A DNA stretch of 64,000 nt from an uncultured Clostridia bacterium (GCA_934167755.1 CAKPLT010000001.1:161753-225752); one strand, 5' to 3'. Counted from the stretch's first letter, positions 23,143-33,784 are shown. The notes: generated from the sequence alone by a model not told the origin. Numbers and translations: made by a program.

Positions 23143-24219
23143 AGTTATATGGTTTGAAATCAAAATCAAATCCTATATAAGTATGTAATTTCATATTTAA
23201 AAAATTATTTATATCATTATTAGCTTGAGAAGAAACATCAGAAATTCTACAAGCTTTATTATTGTAAATAACCAAAGGATTAATATATCTTTTTTTGCCT
23301 TTTACAGTTGTACAATAAATTTTATCATTAGGAAAGTCACTTTTATATACAGAACTTCTAGTAACATTCTCAAAAAGATTAAATGAATTTCTTATATAAG
23401 AATCATCACAGGTTTTAATCAATTGTAATACTTCTGCTTCTGAAAGAGTGTATAAATCATCAATAGTGATATATCCTTTTTTATGCATTGATTTCATAAT
23501 ATCTGCAATGAATTGCATACATAATCTATCTTCATCTTCAATCCAACGAGGCCATAGTTTTGAAATATCATGGATGAAACTTTCACATATTTTAACATCT
23601 TTAAATGTAAGTTCATCAATATTGTTTTCATTTTTTGATATAATTACATTATTATAATATTTTTCAATAGAATCAAGCTCGAAAACTCTAACTTGATAAA
23701 GTCCACCAGATAATGTATATTCGAAACGGTCGGCACTTAACATTGGTGTATCATTATCAGCAATTGGATAAATGTGATAATCAGAAACTTCTTCAATTTT
23801 GATATTATCTTTATTTAGTAAATTCATTATTTCTTTTGAATTTCTAATTATTTGTTCAGTTCTTTCTTCGGTAGACTCTTGAGTTTCTGAATCTCCATTC
23901 ATAAAGTCTATACAATGCTTAAATGTTGGTGTTGCAATATCATGAAATAAACCAGAAAGAGTTTGTTTTTTATCATGTGTAAAATTCCATATTATAAGTG
24001 CTACTGCTACACTATGAGTTAATGATGAATAAAAATATTTATCAGTATATACTTTTGTATATAAAGTACCACAAGACATGCCTATTTTATCTAATCTTAA
24101 CATTTCTGGTGTATATATGTAGTCTAATAACCATTCAGGAAATTGTGGAGATAATATTTTTAGGTAATTTTGTATTTCTTCATTTAAACTTTCTATATAT
24201 TTGTTCATGTTTTGTTTCA
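23141..24219 (-). CDS. HD domain phosphohydrolase family protein
   Basis: HSVAVA...LFHDIA HD motif. Start chosen at MKQNMNKYIESL. Confidence 0.65.
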
Positions 24220-24353
24220 TTCCTTTCCTAGTTGAAATTATAAATTTTTTAACTTTTGCTTTTTTATACATAAGTTATATCATAAATTATAAAAAATTTC
24301 AAAAAAAACTTGAAAAATCACTAAAATAACAGTATAATAGTTATTGTGTAGAT

Positions 24354-24430
<77 letters not shown>

Positions 24431-24744
24431 ACGATATATTTGTTCGAATTTTTTATAGAGTAGATGATATAAAATCAATCAGAAATGGTTGATTTTTTAT
24501 ATACTAGGATCATAGTATATAAAAAGCTACAATCTCCAGGCATTCTAGATTTCATAGCTTCGATTGGAAACTCAAATGGAGCGAGAACAAATTAAAGAAA
24601 AATTAAAAATTTTTCTTATTTGTTCTCAATCTGACAATACAAAAATTTAAAAGCATCTCAGAAAATGTAGAGACATTTTTCTGTAAAAGGTAACTATCTA
24701 TTTGAGGGGGAAAGAAATTTAAATTCGAAAGGAGTTTTTAATTT

Positions 24745-25434
24745 ATGAAGGATATGAATTATATTCAAATTTTATGGGACTATATGAAAATGAATCATGA
24801 TCTTAAAAAATCAGATTGTATTATTGGGTTAGGGACAATTGATATAAATGTTGCTAATATTACATCAGAATTATATTTAAACGGATATGCTAATAAAATA
24901 ATATTTTCTGGAGGTTTGGGAAAAATTACATACAAATTATGGAATGAAACTGAAGCAGAAAAATTTACTGAAATTGCTATAAAAAAAGGAATTTCAAGAA
25001 AAGATATATATTTAGAAAAAGAGTCAACAAATACAGGAGATAATTTTAGATTTTCAAAAAAATTAATAGAAAAGGAAAAATTAAATATAAAATCATGTAT
25101 AGTTGTGTGTAAACCATATGATGAAAAAAGGGCGTATGCAGCATTTAAGAAAATAATGCCAGAATATGATGTTATAATTCATTCAGAAAACATTAGCTGT
25201 GAAGAATATTATAAAAGGTATGACAATGAATGGATTGATGTTTTGGTTGGGGATGTTCAGAGAATGAAAGCATTTTACGAAAAAGGGTGGCAAATAAAAA
25301 TGGAAATTCCACAAGAAGTATGGAATGCGTATGAAACTTTAGTAAAAAGAGGATACAATAAATTTGTTTTGAAAAATATATATGATGAAGGAGATAAGAA
25401 AAATATTGAGAAAAAATTAAATGAGGTTTTATAA
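24745..25434 (+). CDS. YdcF/DUF218 family protein
   Basis: GLG...SGG...ESTNTGDN pattern typical of DUF218. Confidence 0.55.
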   Translation: MKDMNYIQILWDYMKMNHDLKKSDCIIGLGTIDINVANITSELYLNGYANKIIFSGGLGKITYKLWNETEAEKFTEIAIKKGISRKDIYLEKESTNTGDNFRFSKKLIEKEKLNIKSCIVVCKPYDEKRAYAAFKKIMPEYDVIIHSENISCEEYYKRYDNEWIDVLVGDVQRMKAFYEKGWQIKMEIPQEVWNAYETLVKRGYNKFVLKNIYDEGDKKNIEKKLNEVL

Positions 25435-25701
25435 TTGCAAAAGAAATAATTAAATAAAAAATTAATATTAATTTCTGTAAATAATTTTTTTATATAGATT
25501 ATACTATATAATTATGATGAATAGATTTAGAAAAAATTTATGGGGGAAATTGAAAGGAAAATTGTTGTAGGCAGAAGTATTGAAAAGGATAATAAAAACA
25601 ATATTTTAAATGCTTGAAGATAATAAGATATATCCTTTAGATTAATGGGTAAAAACATAATAAAAAATTGCTTGCTAAAATTGCAAACAACTTTTAATAT
25701 T

Positions 25702-25777
25702 TGGTTGCGGGAGTAGGACTCGAACCTACGACCTTTGGGTTATGAGCCCAACGAGCTGCCAACTGCTCCATCCCGCG
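25702..25777 (-). tRNA. Initiator tRNA-fMet (anticodon CAT)
   Basis: Reverse complement cgcgggatggagcagttggcagctcgttgggctcataacccaaaggtcgtaggttcgagtcctactcccgcaacca has the C1xA72 mismatch and three G-C pairs in the anticodon stem, the initiator hallmarks. Confidence 0.88.
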
Positions 25778-26076
25778 ATGTAACAATTATTATTATAAGA
25801 CTAAACAATAATTTTGTCAATAGATTTCAATAAATTCATAAAAATTATATATATTTTATTGTATATTATATTCAGTTGTAAAAAATTTATTACATAATTT
25901 TAATAGTATTATCATTGATTTTATTAAAAATCCATGATATAATATTTACATAATTTTGTAAATATTATGGAGTAACATTTTTTCCATAATAGTAACAAAT
26001 GTCTATAAAAAGGAGAGTGATACCACAAGTAAATTTGTAACAATTAAAAAACAAAACAAAAAGGAGGACTACAATA

Positions 26077-27210
26077 GTGTTACAGTTTCAAACAAAATCT
26101 ATTGACATCTGCCGGATTAGTAAAATACTTGTAAAATATAATATTAAGTCTAGTATAACTGATTCGGTAATTACTTTAGAGGGCGATATTTCTGATGATT
26201 TGCTTATGAAACTTTGTGATGCCATTAACATCAATAGTGTTCAAAACTTCATAAGTCAAGAACCATTATTTGATCTTAATGAAACATCATTTTTTAAAAA
26301 TGAAAAAAATACTCAAACTGAAGTTAGGGAAAAACCTACTTTATCACATAATACTTCCGAATATGATTTAATATATTCTAAAGTTAAGCGTGGTGAAGTA
26401 TATTTATGTGATTATGGAAAACCTTATGGTTGTGAACAAGGACTTGAGAGATATGCTATTATTGTACAAAATGATGAGGGGAATTTATATTCTCCGACAA
26501 CCATTGTAATTGCTTGTACTTCAAGAACCAAAAAAAGCCTTCCTGTTCATGTAGAGAGCAGATTTTCTTCTAGCAATATGGTTGATTATGACTTGAAAAG
26601 AGTAGGAACTGCTAAAAGTGTAATTATGGCAGAGCAAATTCGAACAATTGACAAAAGTAGACTTCGCAAATATATGGGAATGTTGACAGAAGAGTTTATG
26701 GAAGAAATTGATGAAAAGCTTAACATTTCATTACAGTTAAGTCAAAAAGTAAAAATCATAGAAAAAAAGGTGTATGTTGAAAACACACCCAAAGTTATGG
26801 TTGCTCCTAATGAACCAAAAGTACGAAAAGATGTGAATAAGGTTCAAATTCAGTTATTGTCATTTGTTGATATAAATGAACTTTTGAAAATTTCACAAAA
26901 GCATGTTACAGATGAAGTTAAAGCTGAGAAAATTTTAGAATTATTCGGTTTTGATTTTAATAAAAAAGGCGTTTCATATGTACTTAAAGCAATTATTACT
27001 TCTCCCAAAGATGCTTACTTTAACCTTGAAACCTTATCAGAGAGTATTTCTAAAGAAGAAGGCATTGATAAAGAAGAAGTAAAGCGCTTAATCGTTGCAA
27101 GAATAAAAGAAACTTTTGGATTTAGAAAAGCTCCAACAGTGGATTTTATTCGTTTAGTTAATAGTTTTTTGTTAAAACAGGAGGATGACAATGAAGAAAT
27201 TAACTTTTAA
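26077..27210 (+). CDS. 377-aa protein with an internal PemK/MazF-like (Kid toxin fold) domain flanked by N- and C-terminal extensions. GTG start with AAGGAGG RBS
   Basis: RGEVYLCDYGKPYGCEQGLERYAIIVQND...TTIVIACTS...IMAEQIRTIDKSRLRKYMGMLTEEFMEEIDEKL aligns by eye with the Kid/MazF core (RGEIW...GHEQQGTRPVLIV...PVTS...CDQPRTID...L..V). Confidence 0.6.
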   Translation: MLQFQTKSIDICRISKILVKYNIKSSITDSVITLEGDISDDLLMKLCDAININSVQNFISQEPLFDLNETSFFKNEKNTQTEVREKPTLSHNTSEYDLIYSKVKRGEVYLCDYGKPYGCEQGLERYAIIVQNDEGNLYSPTTIVIACTSRTKKSLPVHVESRFSSSNMVDYDLKRVGTAKSVIMAEQIRTIDKSRLRKYMGMLTEEFMEEIDEKLNISLQLSQKVKIIEKKVYVENTPKVMVAPNEPKVRKDVNKVQIQLLSFVDINELLKISQKHVTDEVKAEKILELFGFDFNKKGVSYVLKAIITSPKDAYFNLETLSESISKEEGIDKEEVKRLIVARIKETFGFRKAPTVDFIRLVNSFLLKQEDDNEEINF

Positions 27211-28507
27211 AGTAAGTTCACAAAAAGAAGGATCATTAATTTCATTAATAAAAGAGGTTGATAAAATATCTTGTCGAATTTCTTTTGATTTTGAAAACGG
27301 TATCGTAGCAGTTAAAAATGTCAATGATATTATGATTGATTCAGTTATAGAATTAGTCGATAATTATTACACTATTCTTGGTGTTGATATTGATAACACA
27401 CTTGAAGAAAACACAGAAAACACGACAACAGCTGTTTCATCAGAATCTTCTTCTGATGTATCTAATAATACAGTAGAAACAGATGAAACTGTAAATGAGA
27501 TCAAGCCAACAGTTTTAGAACCTCAAACAGAAGATGATTTAATCATCAAAAAGGTTGAATTCCAGAACGAATATCTTGAAGGATTAATCAATAAACTTGT
27601 AAAAACTATATCTTGGGCAATGTTCAAAATGAATATTTCTGAAAAAGAAGCTGGTGATTACATTTATACTACTATAAATGAGATTTCTATGAGATACAAT
27701 AAAAAAGAATGTATCGATTTTGCAATCGGAGATATTGTTGACTGTACCTATGGTGTTCATTTACCAGGAGAAATCAATGGTGGGCATGTTTCTGCAATAG
27801 TATGCGATATTTCTCACAATTCTATGGCATATTTAGTACCTATTACAAAGATACAGACAGACATTGTATCTAATTCTTATTTAATTTTCAAAGCTCCAGA
27901 AGATGTAGTTTATGAAAATGATTATTACAAAGGTGGTACTGCTTTATTAGATAAGGCAAAATATGTTCGTGCTGAAAGATTCAATGCAGTAATTGGTAAA
28001 ACAACTCCTGCTTTCTTTGAGAAAATTCTAAGAAAGTTGGCAAATACCTTTGACTTTACAAAAAAATTTGCAGAAAGAGTTGAAGAAGAAAGTGAAAAAA
28101 CTGTAATTACAACCCAAAATACTGAAGAAGTAGTTACAGAATCTTCTAAAAAGTATAATAATGTTGAAAATGCTTTGTTGGAAGTTATTGGATTTGCTTT
28201 CGACAAACTTGACCCTTCCAAAAAGGTTGAAGACCAGGTAGAAAGCTTTTTAGAGGATATTGGTATGGTATCTAACAAAATGATTACACAGTCCTTTATT
28301 ATTGCTTGTGATATAAAAAAAATCAAGTATGACAATGTTGCTCTTAGGTTGCATGAAGAGTTTTCAGAAGTAGATGAGGAAACTATCAAAAATACCTTAA
28401 AAGAAACATTTAAAAATTGGTTAGAAAAGTATCCTATTTTAGCAGAAAAATGCCCTAAAATTTCTATTATATATATGCTTAAATTATTTGCTAAGAAATT
28501 TGCATAA
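27191..28507 (+). CDS. 438-aa paralogue: N-terminal domain, acidic linker, PemK/MazF-like domain, and a C-terminal domain shared with the preceding protein. Overlaps the upstream gene by 20 nt
   Basis: GDIVDCTYGVHLPGEINGGHVSAIVCD...LVPITK...RAERFNAVIGKTTPAFFEKILRKL is MazF-like. C-terminal EVIGFAFDKLD parallels ELFGFDFNKKG of the upstream protein. Confidence 0.5.
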   Translation: MKKLTFKVSSQKEGSLISLIKEVDKISCRISFDFENGIVAVKNVNDIMIDSVIELVDNYYTILGVDIDNTLEENTENTTTAVSSESSSDVSNNTVETDETVNEIKPTVLEPQTEDDLIIKKVEFQNEYLEGLINKLVKTISWAMFKMNISEKEAGDYIYTTINEISMRYNKKECIDFAIGDIVDCTYGVHLPGEINGGHVSAIVCDISHNSMAYLVPITKIQTDIVSNSYLIFKAPEDVVYENDYYKGGTALLDKAKYVRAERFNAVIGKTTPAFFEKILRKLANTFDFTKKFAERVEEESEKTVITTQNTEEVVTESSKKYNNVENALLEVIGFAFDKLDPSKKVEDQVESFLEDIGMVSNKMITQSFIIACDIKKIKYDNVALRLHEEFSEVDEETIKNTLKETFKNWLEKYPILAEKCPKISIIYMLKLFAKKFA

Positions 28508-28529
28508 CTGCTGATTTGACTTTGACTAG

Positions 28530-28580
28530 GCGAGAGAATTTTCTCTAGCCTAGTTTTCTTTATATTTTTTAAAATTTTGA
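28530..28580 (+). terminator. Long hairpin (ctaggcgagagaa/ttctctagcctag) plus T-run after the PemK-like pair
   Basis: Inverted repeat with one mismatch, followed by ttttctttatatttttt. Confidence 0.55.
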
Positions 28581-28670
28581 AGAAATCTCAAAAAAACAAG
28601 TAAAGTATTGATATTCTGAGAAAAATTAGATATAATAACCATTAATAAATATATATAAAAGGTGAAATAT

Positions 28671-30140
28671 ATGAACGATGAATGCAAAAGAAAATGTCAA
28701 ATATTTACTCCAAAGGAAAATGTCATACAATTATTAGACTGGGTAGGATATAAAAAAGATTTATATGGAAAAAAAATAATTGAAAATTCATGTGGAGATG
28801 GACAAATATTAACTGAGATAGTAAATAGATATATTAAAGAATGCAAAAAAAATAATATAAATTCAAAACAAATAAAAAAAGGGTTAGAAAATGATATATA
28901 TGGTGCAGAAATAGATGCTGTTCATTATAGAAAATGTATCAACAATCTAGATGATATAGCGAAAAAAAATGATATTAATGATGTAAGGTGGAATATTATA
29001 CAAAAAGACATATTACAAGAAAAATTAGAAATTAAATTTGATTATGTAGTAGGAAATCCACCATATATAAAATATAAATTGTTAGATAAGGAAACTAGAG
29101 AATTTGTAAGGAAAAATTTCGAAGTATGTTCAATAGGAAAATTTGATTATTGCTATGCATTTATTGAACATGGAATAAAGAACTTAAATGAAAATGGAAA
29201 AATGGCGTATTTAATACCTAATAGCATATTTAAAAATGTTTTTGCACAACAATTAAGAAACTATATAAAAGCCAATTTAACAGATATATATGACTATACG
29301 ACAGAAAAATTGTTTACAAAGAAAAACCTTGAAAGCATAGAAAAAGATATACTTACATCTTCAGCAGTTATTATAATAGATAAAAGTAAAAAAACAAGAA
29401 ATATTAAATATCATGATATTGTAAATAAACAAGAAATAAAAATTTCGAAGAATAATTTAAATGGTAAGTGGATATTTAATAAAAATGGTGAAGAAGAGCA
29501 ACAAAATAGAACTGCAAAATTTGGGGATTATTTTAAAGCTTCAAATACAATTGCAACATTATATAATAAAGCATTTGTTATAAATCATTACCAAGATGAA
29601 GAAGAATATATAGTAACAGAAGACAATTATAAAATAGAAAAAGCAATATTAAAAGAAGCAGTCAGTCCAAGAAGTTTAAACAGTAATACAGCGGAAAAAA
29701 TTATATTTCCATATTATTTTAAGAATGGAGAATTAAAAAAATACACAGAAGAAGAAATCAAAACAAAATTTCCAAATGCATATAAATATCTAGAAATACA
29801 TAAAGAAAAATTATTAAAAAGAAAATCAGATACTAGTGCAAAATGGTATGAATATGGGAGAAGTCAGGCTATTAGTCAATCAAATGAAAAAAAACTATTA
29901 TTATCAACAGTAATAACAAAAGAAGTAAAAGTATATGATTTGTCAAATGAAACAATACCATATTCAGGAATATACATTACAAGTGAAGAAGAAAATCTTG
30001 ATAGAGCTAAAGAAATATTGGAAAGTGAAGAGTTTTTACAATATGTAAAAAACATAGGAATAAATGCTAGTGGAGAATCCATTAGAATAACAAGTAAAGA
30101 TATTAATAATTTTGAATTTTATATTGGAGAAAATATATGA
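28671..30140 (+). CDS. N6-adenine DNA methyltransferase, gamma class (M.TaqI/Eco57I-like; FxGxG before NPPY, C-terminal TRD)
   Basis: Motif I IENSCGDGQIL and motif IV VVGNPPY. Start chosen at MNDECKRK with an AAGGTG RBS. The stop overlaps the next start (ATGA). Confidence 0.82.
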   Translation: MNDECKRKCQIFTPKENVIQLLDWVGYKKDLYGKKIIENSCGDGQILTEIVNRYIKECKKNNINSKQIKKGLENDIYGAEIDAVHYRKCINNLDDIAKKNDINDVRWNIIQKDILQEKLEIKFDYVVGNPPYIKYKLLDKETREFVRKNFEVCSIGKFDYCYAFIEHGIKNLNENGKMAYLIPNSIFKNVFAQQLRNYIKANLTDIYDYTTEKLFTKKNLESIEKDILTSSAVIIIDKSKKTRNIKYHDIVNKQEIKISKNNLNGKWIFNKNGEEEQQNRTAKFGDYFKASNTIATLYNKAFVINHYQDEEEYIVTEDNYKIEKAILKEAVSPRSLNSNTAEKIIFPYYFKNGELKKYTEEEIKTKFPNAYKYLEIHKEKLLKRKSDTSAKWYEYGRSQAISQSNEKKLLLSTVITKEVKVYDLSNETIPYSGIYITSEEENLDRAKEILESEEFLQYVKNIGINASGESIRITSKDINNFEFYIGENI

Positions 30141-32392
30141 GCAAGAAAATAAGATTTAATGTAAATGCATATACTGCAAAATTAATAGGAAGAGAAAATG
30201 TTTCAAACTTAGAAGGTGCAATCCTTGAATTAGTAAAAAATACATATGATGCTGATGCTACAAAATGTATATTATATTATGACGAAGAAAATAAAACATT
30301 ATATATTATGGACAATGGTACAGGAATGTCAGAAGAAATTATTGAAAAACACTGGATGACAATAGGAAATTCTTCTAAAAGTACAAACTTTATTACCCAA
30401 AGTGGTAGAGTGCAAACAGGAGCAAAAGGGATAGGAAGATTTGCATTAGACAGAACTGGTGATACATGTGTGATGTACACAAAAACTCAAAAAAATGATG
30501 ACATAATACAATGGAAAGTTGATTGGAGAGATTTTGACAGAAAAGAAAACTTAACAGATATAACTGCAGAAATTGACTATGTTAAAGGAAAGTTATATGA
30601 CAATGTACAAGGAAATAAATATTTAAATGAAATTTTAAAAACACATTTTAGTGGTACTGGAACAATTTTTAAAATTACAAATTTAAGAGAAGAATGGAAT
30701 ATTGACTTAATAAAAAATATAAAGAAAAGCTTAGCAACACTTATTCCACCAGATATAGAAAACGAATTTGCTATATATTTTTTCTATGAAGATCAAAGTG
30801 AAAAAGAGGCATTAATCATATCAGATAATATAGATGCATATGATTATAAAATTGAATTCAATGTATTAGATGATGGAAAAACAATTATAAAATTAGATAG
30901 AAACGAATTTGACTTTAAAGACAAATTAGATGAAATAATTCAAAAAGCAGGATTTAAAGAGGAAGACAAAGATTATTTTTTAGGAAAAGAAAAAATTATA
31001 AATACTACATTAGAAGCATTGATAGGAAATAAAGATGCAGAAGAATTAGGAAAATTTGATGGAACTATATATTTTAATAAAATTACAGTAACAAAAGAAG
31101 ATGCGAAGAAATACTATTATAAAGACATAACAGGAAGAAAAAACTTTTCTGATATATTTGGTGGAATAAAATTATATAGAGACAATTTTAGAGTAAGACC
31201 ATATGGAGAAAAAGAATCATCTAGTTATGACTGGTTACTTTTAGGAAATAGACATGCAAAATCACCTGCTGCTATAAGCCATCCAACAGGAAAGTGGAGA
31301 GTTTCAACAGACCAAGTATCAGGTGTAATAAATATATCAAGAATGAATGTGAACTTACCAGATCAGGCAAATAGACAAGGAATAGTAGAAACAAAAGAGT
31401 TCAGACTATTAAAAGAAATACTTATAGATATTATTTCCGAATTTGAGGAAGATAGGCAATATGTTGGTAGGAAATTAAACAAATTATATTATGAAGAAAA
31501 TGAAACACAACAAACTCAAGAAGAAGTAAGAAAAAAGGCAAAGAAGCAACAAAAAGATAAAGAAAAAAATAGTGATAATGATGATTATAAAGTAGACGCA
31601 GAAAAAGTACATAAAGTTTTTGAGGAAAAAGATGAACAAATAAGAGACTTACAAGACGAAAACAGAATGTTGAGAAATTTGGCTACAACAGGAATAGTAG
31701 TAAATCAATATATACATGAAACAAAAGAATCAGTTAATAATGTGGGAACGAATATTATGGTAGTGAAAGAATTATTAATTGAAGATAGAGACATAGAAAA
31801 AGCAATAGAGAAAATAACAGATGCACAAAAATATGTTGAAACAATGAATTCTTGGTATGATGTTACATTAGGTTCAATAAGAAGAGATAAGAGAACAATG
31901 AAATATAATGATATTAATTCATTAATATCAACACAGATGAATTTATGGAAAAAAGTATTAGAAAGACAAAATATTGATATAATATATACAGGAAGAGATA
32001 TTCCAGAAATAAAATGTTTCCCATATGAAATAGAAAGTATAATTAGTAATTTAATAGCTAATAGTGTATATGCATTTAAAGGGATAAAAGACAAAAAAAT
32101 ATATATTAATTTATTGGAAACAGATCATGGTATAAAAATCGAATACCATGATACAGGATCTGGGCTAATATCGGAATATAAAAAACAGCCAGAGAAGATA
32201 TTAGAAGCATTAGAAACAAGTAAAAAAAATCGTATAGGTGAAACTGTAGGAACTGGAATGGGAATGTGGATAATATCTGGAATTGTTAATAATTATAATG
32301 GAGATATAGACTTAAGCAAAAACTTAAAAGAAGAGACAGGATTCTATATAGACATTAATTTGAAAGCATTGAAAAGAAATGAAGGTGAATAA
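30137..32392 (+). CDS. Two-module ATPase: N-terminal MORC/MutL-like GHKL ATPase, and C-terminal histidine-kinase core (candidate H-box + HATPase_c)
   Basis: N-terminal ELVKNTYDADAT (N box), DNGTGMS (G1), GAKGIGRFA (G2). C-terminal NQYIHETKES (candidate H-box), IISNLIANSVYAF (N box), YHDTGSGLI (G1), GTGMGMWII (G2). Confidence 0.65.
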   Translation: MSKKIRFNVNAYTAKLIGRENVSNLEGAILELVKNTYDADATKCILYYDEENKTLYIMDNGTGMSEEIIEKHWMTIGNSSKSTNFITQSGRVQTGAKGIGRFALDRTGDTCVMYTKTQKNDDIIQWKVDWRDFDRKENLTDITAEIDYVKGKLYDNVQGNKYLNEILKTHFSGTGTIFKITNLREEWNIDLIKNIKKSLATLIPPDIENEFAIYFFYEDQSEKEALIISDNIDAYDYKIEFNVLDDGKTIIKLDRNEFDFKDKLDEIIQKAGFKEEDKDYFLGKEKIINTTLEALIGNKDAEELGKFDGTIYFNKITVTKEDAKKYYYKDITGRKNFSDIFGGIKLYRDNFRVRPYGEKESSSYDWLLLGNRHAKSPAAISHPTGKWRVSTDQVSGVINISRMNVNLPDQANRQGIVETKEFRLLKEILIDIISEFEEDRQYVGRKLNKLYYEENETQQTQEEVRKKAKKQQKDKEKNSDNDDYKVDAEKVHKVFEEKDEQIRDLQDENRMLRNLATTGIVVNQYIHETKESVNNVGTNIMVVKELLIEDRDIEKAIEKITDAQKYVETMNSWYDVTLGSIRRDKRTMKYNDINSLISTQMNLWKKVLERQNIDIIYTGRDIPEIKCFPYEIESIISNLIANSVYAFKGIKDKKIYINLLETDHGIKIEYHDTGSGLISEYKKQPEKILEALETSKKNRIGETVGTGMGMWIISGIVNNYNGDIDLSKNLKEETGFYIDINLKALKRNEGE

Positions 32393-33004
32393 ATGTATAA
32401 AATAGCATTAATAGATGATTGTAAGGACCAATATGAAAACTATAAATACAGGTTAGGAAAAAAAGGAATAGATTTGTTATTTATGGAATATAAAGAAGAT
32501 TATACAGAAATAATTGATTGGTTATTAGATAATCAAATACAATTTGTATTAATAGATTATAAGCTAGACTTACAATATGATTTTTGTGGTTCACAATTAA
32601 TGCAATATATTAATAATGCAATACCGGATTTACAATGTGTATTATTTACATCTAATACAGTTGATGATGATCTAGTAATGGACAGATTAAAAATAGATAA
32701 AAGTGTATTTAATACAGACGGAAAAGAATATGTGGAATTTATAGATACCATAAAACAAGCTGTAAATGTATTTGAAAAAAGAAAGAAAATGATGGAAGAA
32801 CATTATTTAAAGCTTAAAGAAAAAAAGGATAGTGGAAAAATTTCTGCTTTAGAAGAGGAAGAATTAGCAAGATATTATAAAATATTAAGTACTTATGGAA
32901 TTGTAGAAAAAATACCACAAGAAATGTTATCAACAAAGGTAGAAGAAAAAATCGATAAATTGATAAAAGAAGTAGAAGAATATTTAATAAATAAAAGAGG
33001 ATAG
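32393..33004 (+). CDS. Stand-alone receiver (REC/CheY-like) domain protein with a C-terminal coiled-coil tail
   Basis: KIALIDDC (acidic pocket), FVLIDYKLD (phospho-acceptor Asp position), CVLFTSNT (T/S), then K; starts 1 nt after the upstream stop. Confidence 0.5.
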   Translation: MYKIALIDDCKDQYENYKYRLGKKGIDLLFMEYKEDYTEIIDWLLDNQIQFVLIDYKLDLQYDFCGSQLMQYINNAIPDLQCVLFTSNTVDDDLVMDRLKIDKSVFNTDGKEYVEFIDTIKQAVNVFEKRKKMMEEHYLKLKEKKDSGKISALEEEELARYYKILSTYGIVEKIPQEMLSTKVEEKIDKLIKEVEEYLINKRG

Positions 33005-33005
33005 A

Positions 33006-33590
33006 ATGGAAAGAATACACGGAATAAAAACGATAAAAAGGAGAAAATATACAATAAGGAGAGACTATACTGAATGTAAAGATATTCTTGCAGAGGATTT
33101 TCAACAGATGTGTGGATATTGTGGAAAACATCGAAAAACATTACTTAAACAATTTCAAATAGATCACTTTGCACCACAAAGTAAATTCCCAGAAAAGAGA
33201 GACATATATAAAAATTTAGTATTAGCTTGCCCTCAATGTAATAGATTAAAATCAGACAAATGGATTGGTAATAATCCAGAAGTAAGCAATGATGGAAAAA
33301 GGGGATTTGTAGATCCTGCAACAGAAGAATATGATCAACACCTATATAGAGAAGATGATGGAAAAATTATGTATAAAACTGAAGTCGGAAAATATATGTA
33401 TGATTTACTTAAATTTAACATTAGAAGAACTGATTTAATTTGGAAAATTATTAAATTGAGTGAATTGAAAGAAGAATTGAAGAGCTTTTTGAGAGATAAT
33501 CCGGACGAAGAAGGGAATAGAAAATTTGTAGAAATACAGATGCAATTAGATGAACTACTAGACTATATTACATATAATGAAAGAGAATAA
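33006..33590 (+). CDS. HNH endonuclease
   Basis: CGYCGK...QIDHFAPQS...NLVLACPQCNRLKSDK HNH/Zn-finger motif; begins 1 nt after the REC gene. Confidence 0.78.
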   Translation: MERIHGIKTIKRRKYTIRRDYTECKDILAEDFQQMCGYCGKHRKTLLKQFQIDHFAPQSKFPEKRDIYKNLVLACPQCNRLKSDKWIGNNPEVSNDGKRGFVDPATEEYDQHLYREDDGKIMYKTEVGKYMYDLLKFNIRRTDLIWKIIKLSELKEELKSFLRDNPDEEGNRKFVEIQMQLDELLDYITYNERE

Positions 33591-33784
33591 TAGCTATTTA
33601 AACTGTAATTTCAATAGGAGCTAATGTTTGGGTATGTGTTATGTACATTTGGAAAGAATAGATTTAAATGGCGACCATATAGATAATAAAAATAAATGTG
33701 ATTTAATCTGTTAACTGGTATTGTAACATTTGGACAATTATTGAGTAGAGTTACTATACAATAAGGTTGAGTGGATGAATGTGG

